A DNA stretch of 64,000 bases, taken from Longimicrobiales bacterium (GTDB lineage Bacteria; Gemmatimonadota; Gemmatimonadetes; Longimicrobiales; Gaopeijiaceae). The stretch covers positions 2,816,001 to 2,880,000 of the forward strand of contig OZ241869.1 of the NCBI GenBank assembly GCA_965202805.1. The letters are read 5' to 3'. The notes beneath the pieces are model-generated. The model was not told the origin of the DNA. It made no database searches and saw only the letters and a list, made by a program, of their open reading frames with translations. Of the stretch, positions 1-10,900 are shown one piece after another (position 1 is the first letter of the stretch; each line of letters opens with the position of its first letter). The position numbers and the translations under genes were made by a program.

Positions 1-2370
1 ACCTGGCGGAAGCTGAGCAACGGCCTTCCCGAGGGTCCTGTGGGGAGAATCGGCCTCGACATCTTCCGCCGCAACTCCAACGTCGTGTATGCGACCGTCG
101 AGCACGAGGAAGGCGGCATATTTCGCTCCGAAGACAAGGGCGAAACCTGGACGAAGGTTAACAGCCTGAATCCGCGGCCCATGTACTACAGCCAGATCCG
201 CATCGATCCGAATGACGAAAAACGGATCTATGTTCTCGGCACTCAACTGTCCGTCTCCGACGATGCGGGCAGGACGTTCTTCGAGGGTGACCCCGAAGTT
301 CACTCGGACCACCATGCGCTCTGGATCAACCCGCAAAACTCCCGTCACCTGATCGACGGCAACGACGGTGGCGTCTGGGTGAGCCGCGACCGTTCGCAAA
401 GCTGGGAACACCTGAACAACTATGCCATGGGTCAGTTCTATCACGTCACGGTGGACATGCAGCAGCCCTACCGCATCTACGGCGGCATGCAGGACAACGC
501 CACATGGGGTGGACCGAGCATGGTTCGCGATCGCCAGGGCATTGCAAACGAACACTGGAGTCAGATGCTGGCATGCGACGGCATGTACGTGGCCGTCGAT
601 CCCGGCGACGGCCGCACGATATACACCAACTGCCAGAACGGCCGCATCGTCCGATATGACCAAGCGACGGGTGAACGGAAGGCGATTCAACCGCAACCGG
701 TCTCCAGCGAGGAGACACTGCGGTGGAACTGGACTACGCCGATCGTCGTGTCTTCTCACGATCCCACGACCCTGTTCACGGGAGGAAACATCCTCTACAG
801 GTCCGCCGACCGTGGCCACAGCTGGACGGCCATCAGCGAGGACCTCACAGGACAGGTCGACCGCGACGAGCTCACCTTGATGGGCGTCCCCGGCGAGGAC
901 ATCACGCTCTCGAGGAATGACGGCGTGTCGTCGTTCGGCAATATCACGGCACTCGCCGAATCGCCACGGAGTGCCGGCCTGATCTATGCCGGCACTGACG
1001 ACGGCAGGGTGCACGTGACCCGGGATGGCGGGGGGACGTGGACGGATTTGACCGGCAGAATCCCGGGCGTACCGGACATGATCTACGTGAGTCGGCTGAG
1101 GCCATCGGCGTTCGATGAAGGTACCGTGTACGCGTCCTTCGACGGGCATCGCAGCGACGACTTCAGCCCCTATGTCTTCGTCAGTACGGACTACGGCGCC
1201 TCCTGGCGGTCCATCGGGTCCGACCTGCCGACGGGCTCCGTCTACGTGATCGAGGAAGACCCGAAGAATCCGGACCTTCTCTACATCGGCACGGAGTTCG
1301 GGCTCTTCGTCTCAATCGACCGGGGATCGAACTGGACGCGCTGGAAGAACCTGCCGACCGTTGCCGTCTACGACCTGGTCGTCCATCCTCGCGACAATGA
1401 CCTGGTCCTGGGCACGCATGGCCGCAGCATCATCGTCTACGATGATATCTCGCCGCTTCAGCAGCTCAACGACGAGGTTCTCGCGTCCGGAAGCCATCTG
1501 TTCGACATGCAGCCCGGAATTCAATTCATTCCGAACGAGAACGGATGGTTTCTCGGGGGACGCAGCTACAGGGCCGGGAATCCCGAGCCCGGAGTCTACG
1601 TGCACTACTATCTGAGGGAGCCCGCGGGTGATGATGTCGACGTCACGATCCGCGACGCCGCGGGTACGGTCGTTCGTGAACTCACGGGACCGGCGGGCGC
1701 CGGAATCCATCGCGTCGTGTGGGACCTGCGCGCAGAGCCCAGCGGGCCTCCGTCCATCGGGCTTGCCGGAGCGCTGAATCTGACCGACCTGGGTCCGTTC
1801 GTGCTTCCCGGCGAATACTCCGTCCGTCTGTCGGCGGAAGGGCAGGAGCACTCGAAGCCCGTTCGCGTCCTGGGGGATCCATTGGTCGAGATGACCGACG
1901 CCGACCGCCGGAGGCTCTACACCACGCTGCTGTCGCTGACCGGGATGCAGAGGACGGCTGAATCCGCTGCGGACGCGATCGACAAGCTGAGCGGGGAGGT
2001 CCAGCGGATCTCGGAGATGCTCGCGGAACATCCGGGGCCTCCGGATGCGGTTACGGACTCCGCCGAGGATGTGAACGAGGAGATAGCGGAGCTCCGCACG
2101 CTGCTCACCGGAGCCGGCGGGAGCGGCTTCGGGTCGCAGGCGCTAAGCGATCGCATCGACCGCCTGAAAGCCGCGCTCATGGGATCGCAATCGCTGCCCA
2201 CGGCCATTCAATCGGATCAGTTCGAGATGTTCCTCGGGGAGCTGAACGATGTGGTCGGCCGGGTGAATGCCTCCATCAACAGCACGCTGCCGGACCTCTA
2301 CAGACAGCTCAACGACCATGACATCCATCCGATCCCGGGCGAACCGATCAGACCGGTTGGATCGGGATAG
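1..2370 (+). CDS. BNR/Asp-box repeat beta-propeller protein (VPS10/sortilin-like), 5' truncated by window
   Basis: Frame open from base 1; repeated S-x-D-x-G-x-[TS]-W Asp-boxes (SEDKGETW, SADRGHSW, STDYGASW, SIDRGSNW); helical C-terminus. Confidence 0.85.
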   Translation, partial: TWRKLSNGLPEGPVGRIGLDIFRRNSNVVYATVEHEEGGIFRSEDKGETWTKVNSLNPRPMYYSQIRIDPNDEKRIYVLGTQLSVSDDAGRTFFEGDPEVHSDHHALWINPQNSRHLIDGNDGGVWVSRDRSQSWEHLNNYAMGQFYHVTVDMQQPYRIYGGMQDNATWGGPSMVRDRQGIANEHWSQMLACDGMYVAVDPGDGRTIYTNCQNGRIVRYDQATGERKAIQPQPVSSEETLRWNWTTPIVVSSHDPTTLFTGGNILYRSADRGHSWTAISEDLTGQVDRDELTLMGVPGEDITLSRNDGVSSFGNITALAESPRSAGLIYAGTDDGRVHVTRDGGGTWTDLTGRIPGVPDMIYVSRLRPSAFDEGTVYASFDGHRSDDFSPYVFVSTDYGASWRSIGSDLPTGSVYVIEEDPKNPDLLYIGTEFGLFVSIDRGSNWTRWKNLPTVAVYDLVVHPRDNDLVLGTHGRSIIVYDDISPLQQLNDEVLASGSHLFDMQPGIQFIPNENGWFLGGRSYRAGNPEPGVYVHYYLREPAGDDVDVTIRDAAGTVVRELTGPAGAGIHRVVWDLRAEPSGPPSIGLAGALNLTDLGPFVLPGEYSVRLSAEGQEHSKPVRVLGDPLVEMTDADRRRLYTTLLSLTGMQRTAESAADAIDKLSGEVQRISEMLAEHPGPPDAVTDSAEDVNEEIAELRTLLTGAGGSGFGSQALSDRIDRLKAALMGSQSLPTAIQSDQFEMFLGELNDVVGRVNASINSTLPDLYRQLNDHDIHPIPGEPIRPVGSG

Positions 2371-2398
2371 GAAACAGCCGGTCCGACATTGGAATCGC

Positions 2399-4471
2399 TC
2401 AGCTGCCGCTCGCTGCCACTTCTCCGTCCTTGACCATGAAGCGCTCGAACCAGTTCCGGAGCAGGAGCTGTACCCGAATGAAATTCGTTGGTGGCCGGCT
2501 CCTGGAGTGCCAGCCGTCCGTCAGGCGGATCATGGCCGTAGGAATCCGCCGGAGCTTCAGCGCGCGATAGAACTGTTCCGTCTGCTCCATCGGCGTTCGG
2601 AGGTCCCGCTCCCCGGTCATCACCATGGTGGGCGTGGTGACGTTGCCCACGTACATGAGCGGTGACCGCTGGAGGTGCTCCGTCGGATCATCCCACGGGA
2701 GCTGCTCGAAGTCGTAGTACCAGCTCGACCCGTCCGTCGTCCCCACGAAGCTGATCCAGTTGGTCACCGGGGCCTTGGCCACAGCGGCGGTGAAGCGATC
2801 GGTGTGCCCGACGATCCAGGACGTGAGAACACCCCCGCCCGAGCCCCCGTACACGAAGAGATTGCGCTCGTCGATGTAGCCGCGGCCCAGCAGCGTGTCC
2901 ACACCCACCATGAGGTCGTCGTAGTCCATGGATGGATAGGCGTAGTTGATCGCGTTGCCGAACTCGCTCCCGTAGCCCGAGCTTCCGCGGGGATTCGTGT
3001 ATAGCACCACGTAGTCGTGAGCAGCATGGTTCTGGTTCTTGAAGTCGAACCCGGCGTTGTACATCGAGTGTGGACCACCGTGGATGCGGAGGATCAGGGG
3101 ATACTTCCGTGAAGGGTCGAACCCCGGTGGCTTGTTGATCCACCCCTGGATCTGCAGTCCGTCGACGGACGGATACCAGATCTCCTCCACCTCACCCAGC
3201 TCGACCTCGGTCAGGGCTGCGTCATTGGTGGACTTCAGTACTTCGATGTCGTCCGGCCTCTCCAGCTCGAACCGCACGATGCTGCCCGGCTCGTGGTATG
3301 CCGTTCGCGTTCCCACCACGGTGCCGTCGGAGCCGATGCCCGTGATGGCAAGCATGTGATTGCCTTCCGTAACCGCGCGCGGTTCTCCGTCCAGCGGCGC
3401 ATACCAGAGGTTGGCGGTGCCCAGGATGGAGGCCGTGAAGAAGAGGCCGCGGCTGTCGCTCGCCCAGGTCACGTTCCCCATTGCGCGCCCGAATTCGTCG
3501 GCGACCAGACGCGAGTTCGAGCCGTCGGCATCCATCACCCAGAGTCCGTTCTCCCGATACGTGTCGGTAGTGAAGGGAAAGCCCTGGTACGCCACGTAGC
3601 GCCCGTCCGGTGAAGGCACGGGATCTCCGTCCGGTCCACGGCGGCTGGTGAGCCGCTCCACCGCACCGGTGTACACATCCACTGCGTAGACTTCGGATTC
3701 CCGGTACTGGTGTTCGGCATCTTCGGCGCGGAGGCCGGAGAACAGAATGCGCGAGCCGTCTGGCGCCCATGCGGGAGAGCCGTGATCGTATGGTCCGTCG
3801 GTGACCTGTCTGGCGGTTCCGCCGTCGGCTGAGACCACGAAGATGTGCCGGAATCCGATCGGTGCCCAGCCCTGCCCGTCTCGGCGGTAGACCAGGCGCT
3901 CCACGATGCGCGGCGGGGCCGTCCACTCCGCGTTGTCGGGCGCGACCGGCATGTCGATGCTCCATGCGGCGTCGGGAGGAGCGTCCACCAGCATGTTGAA
4001 TGCGATGCTTTGGCCGTCGGGCGACCACGTGATTCCAGAGGGGCTCTCCGTGAGCCGTGTGATCTGCGAGGTGGTGCCCTCTGTGTCCATCCAGCGCACG
4101 AAGATCTGGGCACCCGACGGCTCGCCCTGCGCCACATAGGCGATGCGCGTCCCGTCAGGCGACCACAGCGGAGAGGAGCCGTCCACCAGGAAGCGGTTCC
4201 GGGTCCCGTCGGCATTCATGATCCAGACGTCGGAAACGTGTCCGTCGTGAACCTTGTCGATCCACTCCCGCTCGTAGATGACCTGCCGCCCGTCGGGAGA
4301 CAGTTGCGGGTTTCTTACGAACTCCCAGTCAAGGTACCGGTCCACGGTGAGGCGGTCCGGGAGATCCTGGGCTCCAGCCTCCGCCGGGGTCGGCAGGGCG
4401 CTCATCGCCAGGAGAGCGGTGGCGTAAACTGTGGCGCGAAGCATCGCCGTGAGGACGATCGATGGTTTCAT
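2399..4471 (-). CDS. S9 family peptidase (acylaminoacyl/dipeptidyl peptidase-like), secreted
   Basis: Signal peptide, PD40-like WSPDG repeats, IHGGPH, nucleophile GGSGGG, D-x-R-T-P and C-terminal His. Confidence 0.92.
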   Translation of the reverse strand: MKPSIVLTAMLRATVYATALLAMSALPTPAEAGAQDLPDRLTVDRYLDWEFVRNPQLSPDGRQVIYEREWIDKVHDGHVSDVWIMNADGTRNRFLVDGSSPLWSPDGTRIAYVAQGEPSGAQIFVRWMDTEGTTSQITRLTESPSGITWSPDGQSIAFNMLVDAPPDAAWSIDMPVAPDNAEWTAPPRIVERLVYRRDGQGWAPIGFRHIFVVSADGGTARQVTDGPYDHGSPAWAPDGSRILFSGLRAEDAEHQYRESEVYAVDVYTGAVERLTSRRGPDGDPVPSPDGRYVAYQGFPFTTDTYRENGLWVMDADGSNSRLVADEFGRAMGNVTWASDSRGLFFTASILGTANLWYAPLDGEPRAVTEGNHMLAITGIGSDGTVVGTRTAYHEPGSIVRFELERPDDIEVLKSTNDAALTEVELGEVEEIWYPSVDGLQIQGWINKPPGFDPSRKYPLILRIHGGPHSMYNAGFDFKNQNHAAHDYVVLYTNPRGSSGYGSEFGNAINYAYPSMDYDDLMVGVDTLLGRGYIDERNLFVYGGSGGGVLTSWIVGHTDRFTAAVAKAPVTNWISFVGTTDGSSWYYDFEQLPWDDPTEHLQRSPLMYVGNVTTPTMVMTGERDLRTPMEQTEQFYRALKLRRIPTAMIRLTDGWHSRSRPPTNFIRVQLLLRNWFERFMVKDGEVAASGS

Positions 4472-4483
4472 GAGAGGCTCCCT

Positions 4484-4521
4484 GATGCAGTAGAGACGAG
4501 AGGATGCAGTAGAGACGAGAG
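4484..4521. repeat. 19-bp exact tandem duplication GATGCAGTAGAGACGAGAG x2
   Basis: Copies at 4484-4502 and 4503-4521. Confidence 0.9.
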
Positions 4522-4545
4522 GGGTGGAGACGATCCACCCCTCTC
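4517..4545 (-). terminator. Intergenic hairpin between the two peptidase genes (terminator or RNA stabiliser)
   Basis: GAGAGGGGTGGA-gacga-TCCACCCCTCTC, 12-bp perfect stem; no U tract. Confidence 0.5.
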
Positions 4546-4578
4546 TTCATGGTCACTCGGGCCCGGATTTCGTTCCAG

Positions 4579-6672
4579 CTATTCGTCCGCAGCCCCGGGG
4601 TTCTCGATCAGCCAGTGGACGAACCAGGTCCTCAGACGCTCCAGACGATCCACGAGGAGCCACGGCTCACCGGTCCGTGACAGGCCGTGCGACGACCTCG
4701 GGTAGCGCACGAACTCCACAGGTACGCCGAGCTTCTTGAGCGACATGAACCATTGCTCAGCGTCCGCCATGGGAGTGCGCCAGTCCTGCTCGGAGTGGAT
4801 GATCAGCGTGGGCGCGGTCACGTTTTCCACATACGAAAGCGGTGAGAGACGATCGTATAGCTCGCGCTGCTCCCACGGAGGTCCGTAGAACTCGAACTCG
4901 GTCATGTTGGGGATGTCGGACGTGCCCCACCAGCTGTACCAGTTGGAAATGGATCGGCTGGTCACCGCGGCCGCGAAACGGTCCGTGTGCGCGGTGAGCC
5001 AGTTCGTGCTGACGCCACCATAGCTTCCTCCCGACACACCCACCCGGTCCGGATCGATATCCGGATACTTCTCCGTGGCGGCCTCCACGCCCGTGAGGAA
5101 ATCCTCCTCGTCCATCACATGCCAGTTGCCGCGCGTGGCATACTCGAAGTCGTGTCCGTATCCAGCAGAGCCGCGGGGGTTCGAATAGAGAACGAAGAAA
5201 CCGGAAGCCGACAGGACGTGAAAGGTCTGGAAGAAGGTGTTTCCGTACGCCCCGTGCGGCCCACCGTGGATCTTGAGGACCATCGGATACCTTTGGCCGG
5301 GCTCGTATCCCACCGGCTTGACCACCCAGCCCTCGATTACCGTCCCGTCGGCGACGGTCCACGTCAGGCGCTCCGCCGGCATACGGGTAACTTCGGCGAG
5401 CCATGAGTCATTGAACGAGGTGATCCGACGCTCATCCGTTCCGTCGGTCCGCGCAACGTAGACCTCCGACGGTGTGACCGCGTCCGTGACGGCATAGGCC
5501 ATGAACCGCCCGTCTTTTGACGTTGACACCGAGCTGACGCGGCGGTCCCCCGTGGTCACCTGTCGGACCGCGCCTCCGGAAGCGGTTACCTCGAACAGAT
5601 GACTGTTCCCACCGATGGAGGCCTCGAACCGAATCGCCCGGCCGTCGGCGGTCCAGGTCGGAGCGCCCGGCGTCAGCCGCCAGTCCGGCGTCAGATTGCG
5701 CGGATCACCCTGGAACGTCCCGTCCGCGTCCACTGCCACCACCATGAGCTCCTCTTCCCCGCCGTACACGGCGGTCGATATGTAGGCGAGAGTTCTTCCG
5801 TCCGGCGAAACCACCGGATTCGATTCGGACCCGGGATTGGAGGTGATCGGCCTGGGCTGCCCACCCGTACGGGCCACGGCGTAGATGTCCCGGATCACCT
5901 CGACCTCGGGTTCGAACTGACCCGGGTCGGCCGAAAAGAAGAGGGTCTCGCTATCCGACGACCAAGTCACCTGGCCCACGTCGACAGGAAGATCGGTGAG
6001 CTTCCGCGGCGTTCCTCCTTCCGAAGGCACGACGTAGAGTTGCTGTTTCGGAGTGGAGGAGGGGTCGGGCTGGAGCGGCAGGATGCCGTCGCTCTTGTAG
6101 CGAAAGTGGGTGATCACGCGCCCGTCGAACCGTTCGCGGTCGAGAGTGTTGGTGATCGCATTCGGAGCGATCCACCCCGCGCGCCCGTTCTCATCCTCTT
6201 GTTCCTCCGCCCGGGTGTAGGCGATCCACTGCCCGTCCGGCGACCAGGACGGCGCTCCCTCGACTCCCTCGATCCGGTAGGCCTCGCCGCCGGGGGCGGC
6301 CACGGGGACAAACCAGGTTGAGCTTGCCTCGTCGCCGCGCTCGGACTGGAAGCTGATTGCGCTTCCATCCGGTGACCAGGCGGGGGAAGAAGATTCCCGG
6401 GTCGGGTCGCTGAACCGGCGCGGATCACCGACCGGCTGTCCGTCCTCCAATCGCTGTATCCAGACTTCCCTGTGCCGTCTGTTTTCCTCTTCCACGACCG
6501 TGGTGACCACAAAGGCAACGAGGTCGCCCGCCGGCGAAACCGCGACATCCCCGACGGAGGTCATCCGGTAATAGTCCGCCGGCTCGACGCCTCGCATCTG
6601 CGCGCCAACGGAGGATGGGACGAGAATACAGAGCAGAATGGTTGTGGCGGGGCCTGCTAGCATCGTACGCAT
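4579..6672 (-). CDS. S9 family peptidase, secreted
   Basis: Start reset to MRTMLAG (GAGGAG RBS upstream); WSPDG repeats, IHGGPH, GGSYGG, DWRTP, C-terminal HG. Confidence 0.92.
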   Translation of the reverse strand: MRTMLAGPATTILLCILVPSSVGAQMRGVEPADYYRMTSVGDVAVSPAGDLVAFVVTTVVEEENRRHREVWIQRLEDGQPVGDPRRFSDPTRESSSPAWSPDGSAISFQSERGDEASSTWFVPVAAPGGEAYRIEGVEGAPSWSPDGQWIAYTRAEEQEDENGRAGWIAPNAITNTLDRERFDGRVITHFRYKSDGILPLQPDPSSTPKQQLYVVPSEGGTPRKLTDLPVDVGQVTWSSDSETLFFSADPGQFEPEVEVIRDIYAVARTGGQPRPITSNPGSESNPVVSPDGRTLAYISTAVYGGEEELMVVAVDADGTFQGDPRNLTPDWRLTPGAPTWTADGRAIRFEASIGGNSHLFEVTASGGAVRQVTTGDRRVSSVSTSKDGRFMAYAVTDAVTPSEVYVARTDGTDERRITSFNDSWLAEVTRMPAERLTWTVADGTVIEGWVVKPVGYEPGQRYPMVLKIHGGPHGAYGNTFFQTFHVLSASGFFVLYSNPRGSAGYGHDFEYATRGNWHVMDEEDFLTGVEAATEKYPDIDPDRVGVSGGSYGGVSTNWLTAHTDRFAAAVTSRSISNWYSWWGTSDIPNMTEFEFYGPPWEQRELYDRLSPLSYVENVTAPTLIIHSEQDWRTPMADAEQWFMSLKKLGVPVEFVRYPRSSHGLSRTGEPWLLVDRLERLRTWFVHWLIENPGAADE

Positions 6673-6703
6673 GGTACGCTCCTCGGAAACCGGCTTTTCG
6701 CGA

Positions 6704-7942
6704 CTATCCTCCCTGGAAGTTCGGATTGTTCGCGAGTTCCTTGAATGGCAACGGCCAGCAGGTCGTCGCGGAGTACGGTTCGTACCCGACTTTGTGATAC
6801 GGCGTCCCCGGAGACTGGACTCCGCGCAGCACAAAGGGGTCGGTGCGGAAGTAGAGCATCCGCTTCCCTTCCAGGAAAAAGTCCAGTGAGTACTGGTCCA
6901 TGAACTCGATGAAGACGCTTCGATCGTCCATTGCACCGTCGTACGGCGGCTGGCCGTTGGCTTCGCGCCGCGCTTGCACCAGGCTCAACTGGGCTGCATT
7001 CCCCTGGGCATGCGCCGCGATGTAGTCGGCTTCGAGCCTGGACGCGAGCCGGATGGGATCGTTGTAGCTCGTGTATTTCCCGGGGCTGAAGATCTCCGTC
7101 TGCCCATCCATCGCGTTGTGCTTGTTTACTTCCGGTGGAATCACGGTCACGCGAGGATCGTTCAGGTCGCGAAAATCGGGATGCACCGAGACGACCGACT
7201 GTCCGAAGGTGCGATCCCACACCCGGTTCGACAGGCGCGTGCGATTTGCGATGTCGTCCACGAAGGTGAGGTTATACACGAACCCCTCCGCTACCTGACC
7301 GGCGTCCGCGCTGGCCTCGGCCGTCCGCCCGAGCTGAAGATTGGCCCGGGCTCGTCCGACGAGACCGGCATTGACGAAGTCCTGGGCTTCCCCGGGCCCG
7401 AGTCCCCTGCTGACGTCGATGGCCTGAGAGAAGCGGTCCACGGCCGATTCGAGCATCGTGGCCGTGCTGAGTGCCGGCCCGCCGTTCACGGCTCCTTCGC
7501 AGTAGAATTCCGCCATGGCAATGTAGGACCAGCCTGTGAACAACGCGGCTCGTGCCGCGTGGATGCTGGTGGCTACCTCGGTTCCCTCAAGCTGCTCGGC
7601 GACCCGGGTTCCGAGAGCTACCGCCCGGGCGAGCTCCGGGAACTCGCTCGAGAGCGTCTGGTCCACGACGCGCGTGGCCCAGAGGTTCCCCGGCGCGTTG
7701 ATGTCCGCGCTGAGGATCTCCCCGGTGAACCATCCGCCCTCCACGATGAAGTCTCCCCATGCCTGCTTGAAGTCCTGCTGGGTGGACAACGCCAACGCAC
7801 GAGCGTCGCTCACCGGGTCGATTTCCCCGGCATTCACGGCGTTGGGATTGGGTACCGTCAGAAAGTCATCACACCCGGAGACCCCCAGGCTGACGACAAC
7901 AAGTGCGGCCGTGACCAGGCCCCGCGTTCCATTCTCTATCAT
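6704..7942 (-). CDS. RagB/SusD-like outer membrane lipoprotein
   Basis: Lipobox VSGC followed by DDFLTVPNPN; GRARANL TPR-like helices; FFLEGKR and CWPLP..E..NNPN terminus; directly after a SusC-like gene. Confidence 0.85.
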   Translation of the reverse strand: MIENGTRGLVTAALVVVSLGVSGCDDFLTVPNPNAVNAGEIDPVSDARALALSTQQDFKQAWGDFIVEGGWFTGEILSADINAPGNLWATRVVDQTLSSEFPELARAVALGTRVAEQLEGTEVATSIHAARAALFTGWSYIAMAEFYCEGAVNGGPALSTATMLESAVDRFSQAIDVSRGLGPGEAQDFVNAGLVGRARANLQLGRTAEASADAGQVAEGFVYNLTFVDDIANRTRLSNRVWDRTFGQSVVSVHPDFRDLNDPRVTVIPPEVNKHNAMDGQTEIFSPGKYTSYNDPIRLASRLEADYIAAHAQGNAAQLSLVQARREANGQPPYDGAMDDRSVFIEFMDQYSLDFFLEGKRMLYFRTDPFVLRGVQSPGTPYHKVGYEPYSATTCWPLPFKELANNPNFQGG

Positions 7943-7951
7943 GGTTCCCCC

Positions 7952-10900
7952 TCAGAATCCGAGATTCACCCGTATGCCATAGCGGCGTGCCGGGGGCACG
8001 TTGAAGAAGTCATAGGACTGGAATCCCTCTCCCAGGTCTCTCGCAGGGCCGGAGATGGCTTCGGGCGAGTGTCCGGTGTAGTCGGTCCACAAGGCAAGGT
8101 TGCGTGCCGAGAGCGTGACCGTGGCACGATCGGCTCCGAGCTGCTCTGCAAGTTGGGCAGGGAGCGAATACACCAGCGCCAGTTCCCGGAACCGGAGGAA
8201 GTCCGCCTGCTCGTACCAGGCCTCCCGGACCTCCGCCTTGTTCACTTCCTGTCCCGACTCGTTCACGAAGGGGCCAAAGCGGCGGAGCTGCTCTTCCGGC
8301 GAGAGGAAGTCCGGGTCGAACGCCGCGCGAGCCCGGACGAGCTGAATCTCGCGGTACCGGCGCTGGTTGTTGTTCACGTAGTAGTCGCCCTTCCAATCCA
8401 GCTGCGCGGCTACTCGGAGGTCGCCGAGGATCGTCATGGTTGAGGAGATGCTGCCCTCGTGCCCGGGGAATTTCCCACCGATGAACTCGAGCGTGTCCGA
8501 AACGATGACCTGGTTCCCCGCCACGTCGATACGGCGAATCTTCGGGGAGAAGAACGACGAGAGGGGACGCCCCTCGACGAAGCGTTCGAACTGTCCGAAG
8601 GCGGGAAGGTCTCCCAGATCGACGAGTTCATTGGTGAGGGTGCTCGCGGACAGGGTCACGTCCCAGGAGAAAGCGGGTGTGGTGACCACCTGGGCATTCA
8701 GCAGCGCCTCGAAGCCGCGGTTGTGCACCTCCCCGACGTTGTCGAAGGGGTCTTCCCGGAATCCGACCGAGGGCGGGAGCTCCCTCCGAAGAAGCAGATC
8801 CTTCGTCACCTTGTTGAAGTAGGTGAGTTCGAGCCCCAGCCGGTCGTCCAGGAAGCTGGCGTCCACCCCGGCCTCGAATTCCGTCCCCCGCTCGGGTCGC
8901 AGTTCGAGCTTCCCCGGGTTCAGAAGGCCGAGCCCCACCTCGACATTCCCGTCCCTGGTGGCGTACGGAACCGGATCCAGCGTTTCCAGCGTAGCTCCCG
9001 GCGGCGGAGCGCGCCCGGTTGCCCCATACGCCGCACGCAGGCGAATCGTATTGATGAAGCCCAGGCCGTCTCCGAAGAACGGTTCCTCCGAAACAACCCA
9101 CGAAGCTCCGGCCTTCGGCAGGTAGACGGCGCCTACTTCCTCTCCAAAGGAGGAGTTCCGGTCGACGCGCATGCCGACCTGGAAGAATAGCCGATCCTGG
9201 TAGCCGACCTCCCCCTGCCCGATGTACCCGAGCGACCTCTCCCTCAGGAAGCGTTGTCCCCCGGCGCTCTCGGCGGCGGCGGAAACCACGCTTGCGGAGT
9301 TGGTGGCGAGCCCCAGCCCGTCACCCCACAGGAAGTCGTCCCGGATATCGACCACCTGGACCCCGACTGCTCCGTTCGTCGACCACTGGCTGGCTTCACC
9401 GAACCGGAGAGTCGCGTTCGTGATGTAGTCCAGGGTGACGTACTGGAGGCTTCTGCGCGTCTCCCGAACCAATCCGGGATTGTGCGTGGATCGATAGAGG
9501 TTCTGATCGGTCCTGGGGATGTGGCGGACCTTCTCGTTCGATGTGTAGTCGCCACCCACGATGAGCCGATTCGAAAGCCAGTCGAAAGGCTGGAAGCCGA
9601 GCTCGAGAGTGGGCATGTGCCGGACGACATCGACCTCGTTCTTGATGGCCGCGATGGCGTCGACCTGGCGTGGACCGAGCCAGCCGTCGTTGGGCTCCGT
9701 CCCCACCGTAAGGGGGGAACCGAGGAGCGCGTTGGTCACCATCCCGTACAGGCTGTGGTTGTTGTCGGGTTGCCGGCTGTATGTCGTCAACAGCGTGTAG
9801 CCGGCGTTCAGGGTCAGGACGGGGTGCGGGGTCCACGTGACATTGACTCGGCCCGACCGCTTGTCGAAGTCACTTGCCGGGAGGGTGCCATCTTCACCCG
9901 AGGCAAACAGGGAAAGATAGTAGGTGAAGTCTCCCGTGGCCGTTCCCCCTCTCCCGGACCAGCTCAGGGACCTGTTGCTGCCCCTGCTGAAGGCGCCGTA
10001 CCGCTCCAGGGGATTGTCCGATACCACGGTGCCGACGGGCACTCCCTGACAAAGCGTGGCGCCACGGTCGATGTGCGTCTGAGCGCACACGCCCCAATTG
10101 GATGGTGGGGTGAAGTTGTCATGGGAGATGGCGTCGTACTCCGCCGTGAGGGTCTGCCGGAAGCCGCCGGCCGAGCCACGCTTCGTGATGATCTGGATCA
10201 CGCCGGCCGATGCATCCGCACCGTAGAGCGTTGCGGCAGCGGGTCCCTTTACCACCTCGATGCTCTGGATGTCCTCGGGGTTGAGGTCGTTCAGCCGGCT
10301 GGTAGCCTGTCCCCCCGTTCCGGTGCCGCTGCCGGAACCCTCCCCCGGCCGGTTCACCGATTCGATCGTGCCGTTGGCACGAATCCCGTCGATGAAGATG
10401 AGCGGCTCGTTGGAGAGGGATATCGAGGAAGAGCCCCGTATTCGAATCTTCTGTGACGATCCGGTGACGCCCGATCCGTGCGTAACGGACACCCCGGGGA
10501 TCCGGGACTGGAGGACTTCGGAAACGCTGTTGATTGGAGCCAGTTCAATCGTTTCCGCCGCGTCGACGACCGACACCTGCGCCGGCTGGGACCGGCGGAG
10601 GCTTTGACCAGCGGTACCGGTCACGACGATCTCGTCCAGTCCAATGGCTGAGACGGTCAACTCGAAATCGAGGACAGCGGTCTCGTCAAGTACGACGGTA
10701 ACGGTCCGTTCCTCCGTATGATACCCGATCCTTTCGGCACGGATCGTCACTTCACCGACCGGGACATTGATGATCACGAAGGATCCGCTGGCATTCGTCA
10801 ACGTTCCTCGCCCTGTCCCCGGGAGGTGTACCTGGACGCCGGCGAGGGGAAGTGATGTGCCGGCTGCGGTGACCCGTCCGGTAATCCTGCCCTCTTGCGC

